Shown here: positions 19,593-27,284 of the stretch, in pieces
How the letters are laid out: every line of letters begins with the position of its first letter
Position numbering within the stretch: the stretch's first letter is position 1
From: Candidatus Latescibacterota bacterium
GTDB lineage: Bacteria > Latescibacterota > UBA2968 > UBA8231
NCBI GenBank assembly: GCA_965243025.1
Contig: CBDETY010000003.1
Location: 3,712,001 to 3,776,000 of the forward strand
Direction: 5' to 3'
Length of the DNA stretch: 64,000 nucleotides
Made by a program: the position numbers and the translations under genes
Notes under the pieces: model-generated
The model's input: only the letters and a program-made list of their open reading frames with translations
The model's database searches: none
Told to the model about the DNA's origin: nothing

Positions 19593-20390
19593 ATGCTGAC
19601 CCCCGAACAGAAACGGTATTTCGAGACCTTCGGTTTTCTCGTCCTGCGCCGGGTGTTCGAAAGCCGGGAGATCGACGAGCTGCGCGGCGAGTCGGAGCGC
19701 CTGCTCGCCGCCAACCGCGAAGGGCGGCCGTTCGACGGCAGCAGGCGGCAGGCGATGATCCCCTTCTTCGAGTACAGCCCCCGCCTGCGCGACTTCATCG
19801 AGGACGACCGCATCTGGGCGATCGGGGAGGACCTGCTGGGACCTGAGTTCCACCTGAACGCGACCGAGGCCAACCTGCACGTCGGCGACACGAAGTGGCA
19901 CGGGGGGGGACCCGAGCCGGACCGGCTGCCCTCGATCAAGATCGCCTTCTACCTCGAGCCGACGACCCGGGACACCGGCGCGGTGCGCCTGATCCCGGGG
20001 TCGAACAACCCGGAGTACAGGCGGTATCTCCAGGTCCTCAACGAGCAGGGTGAAGACCTCTCGGAGCAGCCGTTGGGGGTTTCCGCCCCCGACCTGCCCT
20101 GCCACGTCGCCGAGACCGAGCCGGGCGACCTCGTCGTCTTCCCTGAGAGCACCTGGCACGGAGCCTTCGGCGGCGCCCCCGGGCGCAGCCAGCACGCCAT
20201 CAACTTCACGAAGAATCCCGGGAACGAGGAGGAGCGCGCCTGGCTCAGGAGCAACTACGAGAGCTGGCTCTACTCCCTGCACCCGGTACCCGAGCTGATC
20301 GAGAGCGACCGCCCGCGTCTGCGCAGGCTCGTCGCCCCCCTGGTGGAGATGGGGTTCGGGTCCCCGGAGCCGACCCCCATCTTCGAATAA
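19593..20390 (+). CDS. PhyH-family Fe(II)/2-oxoglutarate oxygenase with H-x-G iron motif
   Basis: RBS AGGAGG. Motifs 'FETFGFLVLR', 'KWHGGG', 'LIPGSN', 'PGDLVVF..STWHGA'. Confidence 0.85.
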   Translation: MLTPEQKRYFETFGFLVLRRVFESREIDELRGESERLLAANREGRPFDGSRRQAMIPFFEYSPRLRDFIEDDRIWAIGEDLLGPEFHLNATEANLHVGDTKWHGGGPEPDRLPSIKIAFYLEPTTRDTGAVRLIPGSNNPEYRRYLQVLNEQGEDLSEQPLGVSAPDLPCHVAETEPGDLVVFPESTWHGAFGGAPGRSQHAINFTKNPGNEEERAWLRSNYESWLYSLHPVPELIESDRPRLRRLVAPLVEMGFGSPEPTPIFE

Positions 20391-20411
20391 CCCCTTCCTG
20401 GAGCAGCAGAG

Positions 20412-21674
20412 ATGAGGATCACCGAGATCGAAGCGATACCCCTGCGCCTGCCGTACGAAGCCCGCATCCGCAAGCGCTACCACCACTTCTCCATGTCGGA
20501 GGAGGTGACGGTCTACAAGTTCCACACCGACGCCGGGCTCACCGGCCTCGGGGAGAACCCGGGGCCGCCGTTCGCGCAGGAGCTGCTCGACCCCTACCTC
20601 GGCAGCGACCCCTTCGACCACGTGATGAGCACCGGCCGCTTCAACCTCGACATGGCCTGCTACGACCTCATGGGAAAGCAGCTCGGCATCCCCGCCTGGA
20701 AGCTGCTCGGGCAGCAGCGGCGGCAATGGGTGAGCATGGGCTGGTGGATGCCCTGCATGTCCCCGGAGGATTCGGCCGCCGAAGTGGAGGAGGCCGCCTC
20801 ACTCGGGTACCGGGGCCTCAAGTGCAAGGCGCGCCCCTTCTACGACGTCGTCGAGCAGGCGCGGGCGATGCAGGAGGCCGCGCCCCCGGACTTCCGCGTC
20901 GAGTTCGACTTCAACGGCGCCCTGATCAACGTCGAGAAGGCCCTGCCGGTGCTGCGGGAGCTGGAGAACATCCCGGTGGTCAAGGGGGTGGAGGAGCCGA
21001 TCTTCGCCCACGACGTCGAGGGCTGGCGGCGGCTCCACCGGCAGGTCCGCATCCCCTTCTACCTGCACGGGGTCGGCACCGTTCTCGACGGGCCCTCGCG
21101 GCAGCCGTCGGGGCCCTGGCTCGGCCTGCGCGCCGGCGACTTCGACGGCGCCCTGTGCAGCCACGAGAACATCCGCAACGCCATGGCCGCTTCCTGGACC
21201 TTCGCCTCGGCCAACACCCCGATCCTGCTGCAGTACGTCGGCACCGGCATCACCGCGGCCTTCGCCTGCCAGCTCGGCGCCGTCATGCACACGGCGATGC
21301 TGCCCGGCGTCACCACCAGCCACGCCTACGAGGACGACCTGATCACAGAGGCGCACAGCGTGCAGCGCGGCTTCATGAAGGTTCCCGAAGGTCCCGGCCT
21401 CGGGGTCGAGCTCGACGAGGACGCGGTTGCACGCTACCGCGGCACCCCGGTCCCGGAGTGGCCGCGCTGGGTCTCGGTGGTCTCGTTCCCCGGCGGCCTC
21501 AGGCATTACTACCGCGACCTGCGGCAGGCCGAGGGGCTGATGAAGCTCGGCGTCGACGAGGCCTTCGCCCCGGGGGTGCGCCTCGACGAGTGGGAGGACG
21601 ACGGCAGCGACGCCTTCGACCGCGCCTGGAGGCAGCTCAGGGAGCGGGACGAGCCGATCTGGGAAACGGAGTAG
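20412..21674 (+). CDS. Mandelate racemase / muconate-lactonizing enzyme (enolase superfamily) protein
   Basis: 'DMACYDLMGKQLGIPAWKLLG', KxK (LKCK), 'DFNG', 'VEEP', 'VPEGPGLGVELDE'. Confidence 0.88.
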   Translation: MRITEIEAIPLRLPYEARIRKRYHHFSMSEEVTVYKFHTDAGLTGLGENPGPPFAQELLDPYLGSDPFDHVMSTGRFNLDMACYDLMGKQLGIPAWKLLGQQRRQWVSMGWWMPCMSPEDSAAEVEEAASLGYRGLKCKARPFYDVVEQARAMQEAAPPDFRVEFDFNGALINVEKALPVLRELENIPVVKGVEEPIFAHDVEGWRRLHRQVRIPFYLHGVGTVLDGPSRQPSGPWLGLRAGDFDGALCSHENIRNAMAASWTFASANTPILLQYVGTGITAAFACQLGAVMHTAMLPGVTTSHAYEDDLITEAHSVQRGFMKVPEGPGLGVELDEDAVARYRGTPVPEWPRWVSVVSFPGGLRHYYRDLRQAEGLMKLGVDEAFAPGVRLDEWEDDGSDAFDRAWRQLRERDEPIWETE

Positions 21675-21678
21675 GTAC

Positions 21679-22539
21679 CTACGACCCGGCGCTGGCGAAC
21701 TGCCCCATCTGGTCGAGATTCTCCCTGCCGGTCCGCTGCGCCCTCCTGAGATCGTTTTCGGTGACGGTCAGGTAGTCGCTGGTCTGCCCGCTCTGCCTGA
21801 TGAACGGCTCGGCGTACCCCGTGCGCCCGAACCAGCCGTGGTACCCGGCGAACGACTCGATCCGCTTGCGCGAGAACTGCGGGCCGTGCCCCTGGGTTTC
21901 GTACAGGGCCTCGGCCTCGATCCGCCGCGCCACCTGGTCGGAGATGTCGACGAACAGGTCGATGTCCGTCCAGCCGAACTCGACCCCGATGTAGTAGACC
22001 TGGGCAACCTGGTGCAGTGAGCGCTCCCGGCGCTTGTCGGGCTGGGCGGCGCGCGCCATCGCCTGCTGGACGAGCTGGCCCGCGAGCGGGTGGTCGGCGT
22101 CCCACAGGCTGAACATGTTCCTGTGGGGGTAGTTGTAGGGGGCGTGGGTGATGACGATGTGAGGGCGGATCTCGTAGAAGATGTCGGTCAGGGCCTCGAT
22201 CAGCTGCGGCGACGATTCGAGGGGGTGGTCGGCGAACGGCAGGACGCGGGCGTCCACGATCCCGAACAGGGCGCAGACCCGCTGCAGCTCTTCCCGCTTG
22301 CGCTCCGCCTGCTCGCCGCGGGGACGCTCGAGGATCTCGGCGCGGCGTTCCCCGGCGGGCTTGCGCATCTCGTCCTCGAGCTCCTCGTCGTGGGTGGTGA
22401 CGCCGTCGCTCAGGGATACCACGGTGACGCTGTCCCCGCGCTCGACGTGGTGGGCCGAGGTCCCCAGGGTGTAGGTCACGTCGTGCGGGTGGGCGGTGAT
22501 CGTCAGCAGGCGCAGGGCGGTCGGTCCGTCATCGTTCAT
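21679..22539 (-). CDS. PIG-L/LmbE family deacetylase-like protein
   Basis: 'ITAHPHD', 'SLSDG', 'EIRPHIVITH', 'DADH', 'FVDISD', 'YAEPF'. ATG 22539 follows an AGGAG RBS. Confidence 0.82.
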   Translation of the reverse strand: MNDDGPTALRLLTITAHPHDVTYTLGTSAHHVERGDSVTVVSLSDGVTTHDEELEDEMRKPAGERRAEILERPRGEQAERKREELQRVCALFGIVDARVLPFADHPLESSPQLIEALTDIFYEIRPHIVITHAPYNYPHRNMFSLWDADHPLAGQLVQQAMARAAQPDKRRERSLHQVAQVYYIGVEFGWTDIDLFVDISDQVARRIEAEALYETQGHGPQFSRKRIESFAGYHGWFGRTGYAEPFIRQSGQTSDYLTVTENDLRRAQRTGRENLDQMGQFASAGS

Positions 22540-22640
22540 TTGTGGTTCTCCTGTGGTTGCTCCGCTCAGGCGGCCGGTGATGGTGAATCGTTTACGGGCC
22601 AGGGGGGCCGCCATTTCCCTGCCGGGGGGCGACCTGGGGG

Positions 22641-24707
22641 TCAGTCAATCGAGACCCGCTGGATGTGACCGTACCCGGGGGGCGCGTCGACCGGCTGCTC
22701 CCGGGCAACCACCTCGGCGGCCCGGGGACCGCAGGTGAACCGGTACGGCCCCGGCTCGGGAAGCACGAACCAGCTCCTCCCGTCCCTGTCGGCGCGAACC
22801 CCGAACGGCTCCACCGCCTGGCGGGCGAGCGGCTCGACGAAGACCGGCGCCCCCGGCCGCCGGGTCTCGACGATCACCTCGGGAAGGCGCCGGGGGTTGA
22901 GCGGCCCGACGTCCCGGCCGGCGAGCCGGCGGTAGAGGCCGCGCGACCACTGGCGGGTCGCGGTCTCGACGACGAGGGGCTTTTCCGGGTCGCACCAGTT
23001 GAGGTAGAGGGCGGCCTTGCCCCATGCCGCCTGCGTGCCCTCGCCGAACGGGTCGATGCGGGCGTCGGTCCCGGACTGGGAGGGCCAGCTGACCCGCGGC
23101 TCGACCGGGGCCGCCAGGCTCCCGGGGACGTTTTCCGTGAAACCGCGGTAATCCATGTCGGCGAGGAAGAAGGTCTGCAGGCCGTGGATGTCGCGCCCCG
23201 GCATGCTCAGCAGGAAGTCCCGCCACCCCTCCATCATCGGCGGCTCTCCGTCGAAGTCCCAGCGGCCGGACTCGAAGATGCCGGCCTCCCCGACCCGCAC
23301 CGGCTTGCGCGGAAGCGCCGGGTCGCTGCGCACCGCCTCGATCGCCGCCTCGATCTGCTCCAGGCCGCTGAACAGGCGGTAGCAGTCGATCAGCTCGACG
23401 AGCTCGGAGTCGGCGATCCCCGGGTCGAAGGTGACCTCGGCGACGCGGGTGCGGTCGAGCTCCTTCACCTTGCGCAGCAGGGGCACGCAGAAGGCGGGGT
23501 CGCGGGCGTCGGTGACGTCCCAGAACAGGATCGAGGGGTGGTTGCGCGTCCTGCGGATCCAGGCGTCGGCCACGGCGAGGTGGTTCTCCATCACCAGGCG
23601 CGCTTCCGACTCGTCGAGATCCTCCGGAAAGACCTGGCCTGTGCCGACGCAGAAGTTGGCGCCGACGACGAAGGTCCCCGACTCGTCGGCGACGTCGTAG
23701 AAGACCGACGGCGGGTCGTAGCGGTGGTGCTCGACGATGCTGACGTTGGCCGCGGCGAGGTCGGTGAACTTCCGCGTCAGCCACTGGCGCTCGTACACGT
23801 AGGGCATGGTGTGGTCGCCCCAGGGCATCAGCTGCTCGCCGTTGAGCAGCAGCAGCTTTCCGTCGGCGCGGACCTCGCGAAAGCCGAAGCGGACGATGTC
23901 GCGGTCGACGGGGCCCTGCCGGTCCGAGGAGAGGTCGATGCGCAGGAAGTAGAGCACCGGCTCCCCGTACGGCGGACGCCCCCAGGGCACGGCATCCGCC
24001 CACTCTTCGGTGCAGCCGACCACGGCGGTTTCGCCGGGTCCGACTTCGACTTCCCGCGGGGGCAGCCTCAGCAGGGTCTCGCCGGCGCGCGCCACCTCCC
24101 AGGCGACCAGGCCGCGGAACGGCCCGGCGCCGTCGTTGCGAACCGACACCTCGGCCGACAGGGTCTTCTCCCATACCGAGGTGGTCACGTACGGATCGGC
24201 GAGGTGGACGGATGGCCGGCAGCGCAGCCAGGCGTCCCCCTCGATGCCGACGGTGGCGGCGCTTGTGCGCCAGAAGCGGGTGTCGAGGGCCATCTCCGCG
24301 GCCTCGCTGAGCTCCCGGGCGCCGGGGTGGGCGTAGCGGCCGCGGCAGGAGTGGGTGAACAGGAGCAGCTCGTGCTCCGAGCCGGGAGCGGCGCGTTCCG
24401 TCAGGTCGATGAGCCAGGGCAGGCGCAGGTGGTGGTGCTCGCCGACGGCGGCACCGTTCAGATAAGCGCGACCGTAGTGGCGCACGCGGTCGAGGTCGAG
24501 GAGAAGGCGGCGCCCGTCCCCGGTCTCCCAGTCCCCCGGCACCGACAGCGACGTCCGGTACCACCCGGAGACGGGCGGATCCTCCTCGAACTCGCGCGAC
24601 CGGTGCGGCACCCGCACCCGGCGCCAGCCCCCCTCGGGAGCGGCGCCGTCCCCCCCTTCGGCGAACTCCCACTCGCCGTTGAGCAGCAGGCTGCGGCGCG
24701 GGCTCAT
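22641..24707 (-). CDS. Glycoside hydrolase family 2-like protein
   Basis: Starts MSPRRSLLLNGEWEF (ATGA overlap with the aldolase stop). GH2 motifs 'GWYRTSL', 'YLNG', 'PVLY', 'RFGFREV', 'RNHPSILFW'. Confidence 0.8.
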   Translation of the reverse strand: MSPRRSLLLNGEWEFAEGGDGAAPEGGWRRVRVPHRSREFEEDPPVSGWYRTSLSVPGDWETGDGRRLLLDLDRVRHYGRAYLNGAAVGEHHHLRLPWLIDLTERAAPGSEHELLLFTHSCRGRYAHPGARELSEAAEMALDTRFWRTSAATVGIEGDAWLRCRPSVHLADPYVTTSVWEKTLSAEVSVRNDGAGPFRGLVAWEVARAGETLLRLPPREVEVGPGETAVVGCTEEWADAVPWGRPPYGEPVLYFLRIDLSSDRQGPVDRDIVRFGFREVRADGKLLLLNGEQLMPWGDHTMPYVYERQWLTRKFTDLAAANVSIVEHHRYDPPSVFYDVADESGTFVVGANFCVGTGQVFPEDLDESEARLVMENHLAVADAWIRRTRNHPSILFWDVTDARDPAFCVPLLRKVKELDRTRVAEVTFDPGIADSELVELIDCYRLFSGLEQIEAAIEAVRSDPALPRKPVRVGEAGIFESGRWDFDGEPPMMEGWRDFLLSMPGRDIHGLQTFFLADMDYRGFTENVPGSLAAPVEPRVSWPSQSGTDARIDPFGEGTQAAWGKAALYLNWCDPEKPLVVETATRQWSRGLYRRLAGRDVGPLNPRRLPEVIVETRRPGAPVFVEPLARQAVEPFGVRADRDGRSWFVLPEPGPYRFTCGPRAAEVVAREQPVDAPPGYGHIQRVSID

Positions 24708-25468
24708 CGCAGGACCTCGTCGAACCACTCCTTGGTCCGCTCGAGCTTTTCGAGGATGGCGGGGAACTCGCCGCCGTGGGCGATCAGCCGCGCCCCGCGC
24801 TCGTGAAGCTGCCCGATCATCTCCCGGTCGAGGGCGGGGCGGCCCCAGACCTTGTCGTGCCTGGCCGCGGCCTCGGCGACCCGGTCCTCGGCTTCCTCGA
24901 GGGTCATCGAGCCGTCGTACTGCAACCTCAGGGAGAGGTCGCCCGGGCCCACGAACAGGCCGTCCACCCCTTCCACCGCGGCGATCGCGTCGACATTGGC
25001 GACCGCCTGCGGCGACTCGATCTGGACGACGATGAAGGTCTCCTCGTTCGCCTGCCGCGGGTAGTCGGCTCCTGCCTGCAGGGCGTAGTCGCTGTCGAGC
25101 CCGGCGCCGTCGAAGCCGCGGTTCCCCAGCGGCGGGAACCGGGTCGCCTCGACGATCCAGCGCGCGTCCTCCTCGGTGGTGACGTGGGGAAACATCAGGC
25201 CTGTGGCGCCGTCTTCGAGGTAGCGGTAGAGGCGCACCCGCTCCAGGGTCGGCGAGCGCAGCAAACAGTCGATGTCGAACAGGTGGAAGAAGGCCATCAT
25301 CCCCTGCACTTCCCTCTGCTCCATGGCCCGGTGCTCGAGGTCGAACCAGATGCAGTCGAAGCCGAAGTGGGCGGCGTGGCGGACGTAGGAAGGAATGAAG
25401 CTGCCGAGGCCGCAGATGCGCACCGTTTCTCCGGCGCGGATGCGGGCCAGTACCTTGCTCTTTCTCAT
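24704..25468 (-). CDS. HpcH/HpaI aldolase family protein
   Basis: 'FDCIWFDLEH', 'RFPPLGNRG', 'VQIES', 'VDGLFVGPGDLS'. Confidence 0.9.
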   Translation of the reverse strand: MRKSKVLARIRAGETVRICGLGSFIPSYVRHAAHFGFDCIWFDLEHRAMEQREVQGMMAFFHLFDIDCLLRSPTLERVRLYRYLEDGATGLMFPHVTTEEDARWIVEATRFPPLGNRGFDGAGLDSDYALQAGADYPRQANEETFIVVQIESPQAVANVDAIAAVEGVDGLFVGPGDLSLRLQYDGSMTLEEAEDRVAEAAARHDKVWGRPALDREMIGQLHERGARLIAHGGEFPAILEKLERTKEWFDEVLR

Positions 25469-25595
25469 GGATGAACCTTTCTACGGGGAAGTCGCGCCGC
25501 TCTGGTGCCGCGCGGCGCGCTGAATCAAGTTCATGGCCGCGGGTGCCCGCAAGGAGAAGCGGGTCACGCCCACCCGGAAAGAGGCAAACGGAACG

Positions 25596-27059
25596 ATGAA
25601 AGTCGCAACGGGAACCATCAGCCACGAAACCAGCACCTTCACCACCGTCGAGACCAACTGGGACAGCTACCGCAACCAGCGCTTCGGGTACCTGCGCGGC
25701 CGGGAGGTCTTCGACAAGTTCCGCGGCAGCAACACCGCGGTCGGCGGCTTTCTCGCCGGGGCCGAGGAGCACGGCTTCGAGCTGGTGCCGACGATCTTCG
25801 CCTGCGCCCACCCGAGCGGCCCGACGCCGCGGGCGATCTTCGACGAGATCCTCGGCGACATGCTCTCCTCGATGCGGGATATCGGCCCGGTCGACGGGGT
25901 GCTCCTCGACGTGCACGGGTCGATGGCCGCCGAGGGGATCGACGACTGCGAAGGCCGCATCTTCGCCGCGGTGCGCGACCTCGTCGGTCCGTCGGTTCCC
26001 GTCATCGCCCAGCTCGACATCCACTCGAACGTGTCCAGGCGCATGGTGGAAACCGTCGACGTCCTGCTCGGCCACCGCACCTATCCAGAGATCGACCAGG
26101 ACGAGCGCGCCCGCCAGTGCGCCGGCATCCTCCACCGCATGCTGACCCGGGGCCTGAAACCTGCCCTCGCCCTGCGCCAGCTGCCGCTCTGCTGGGGGCT
26201 GAACCAGGTGACCGCGCACCCGCCGATGAGCGCCGCCATCGCCGAGCTCGAGCGCATCGAGGCGCTGCCCGGGGTGGTCTGCTGCTCGATCGCCACCTGC
26301 TACCCCCTCGCCGACCATCCCGACATGGGGGCTTCCGTCTACCTGGCGACCGACGGCGACTGCGGCCGCGCGCAGGAGCTTGCCGACGAACTGGGAGCCT
26401 GGATCTGGGAACGGCGGGCCCAGTGGCCGGGCTCGTCGCTGACCACCGCCGAAGCCATCGTCGAGGCCGACCGGATCGGTCGCTACCCGGCGATCTTCGC
26501 CGACCGCAACGACAACACCGGCGGCGGCTCTCCCGGCGACAGCACCGGACAGCTGCGCACCTTTCTCGAGGCCGGCCTGCGGGACGCCGCGGTGCTCTAC
26601 ATCGTCGATCCCGATGCCGCGGCCATATGCCACGAGGCCGGCATCGGGGCCACCGTGGAGATGAGGGTCGGCGCAAAATCGACGCCGCTGCAGGGAGAGC
26701 CTGTGGAGATGAGAGCGGAGGTGGCCGCCCTGTCGGACGGGCGCTTCACCTACCGAGGGCCCCGCAACGCCGGACTGGACGGTTTCATGGGGCCGTGCGC
26801 GCACATCGTCCAGGACGGGGTGCGCGTCATCCTCGTCAGCGAGCGCGAGCAGCCGTTCGACACCGCACTGTGCGAGTCGCTGGCTCTCGACCCCCGCGAG
26901 ATGCGCTACCTCGGCATCAAGTCCTCCGCCCACTTCCGCGCCGGGTTCGAGCCGTTCGCCGGCAGCATCCAGGTCGTGACCGAGCCCTCCGTCCACTCCG
27001 CCGAGGCGGTGGAGTTCCGGCGGCTGGGGCGGAGAGTCTACCCCTTCTCCGATTTCTGA
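25596..27059 (+). CDS. mlrC: M81 family metallopeptidase (MlrC-like)
   Basis: 'SHETSTF', 'DVHGSM', 'LDIHSNV', 'RTYPEID', 'DNTGGGSPGDST', 'IKSSAHFRAGF'. Confidence 0.85.
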   Translation: MKVATGTISHETSTFTTVETNWDSYRNQRFGYLRGREVFDKFRGSNTAVGGFLAGAEEHGFELVPTIFACAHPSGPTPRAIFDEILGDMLSSMRDIGPVDGVLLDVHGSMAAEGIDDCEGRIFAAVRDLVGPSVPVIAQLDIHSNVSRRMVETVDVLLGHRTYPEIDQDERARQCAGILHRMLTRGLKPALALRQLPLCWGLNQVTAHPPMSAAIAELERIEALPGVVCCSIATCYPLADHPDMGASVYLATDGDCGRAQELADELGAWIWERRAQWPGSSLTTAEAIVEADRIGRYPAIFADRNDNTGGGSPGDSTGQLRTFLEAGLRDAAVLYIVDPDAAAICHEAGIGATVEMRVGAKSTPLQGEPVEMRAEVAALSDGRFTYRGPRNAGLDGFMGPCAHIVQDGVRVILVSEREQPFDTALCESLALDPREMRYLGIKSSAHFRAGFEPFAGSIQVVTEPSVHSAEAVEFRRLGRRVYPFSDF

Positions 27060-27284
27060 AGCGGAAGTCCCGGCCGGGTGCGATTCTACCCGCACAGATC
27101 AAATCACGGTCCGGCGCCCGAGCGCGCGATTCTCGTGAATCCGGCCCCCGTTGCAGACCCGCGTGACTCACTGCCTGCCACGACACGCTCAGGCCCTTTC
27201 CGAACCGGGTGCTTCGGCGCCCTCGTTTGTTCGACTGCACAGGCGCCATTGCACCGTCGACCGGGGCGGTCCCCCCGGATACGG

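Noticed and set aside
22641-27095. 1484-aa ORF
   Set aside because: The real gene starts at 24707. The upstream part is out-of-frame aldolase and antisense mlrC sequence.
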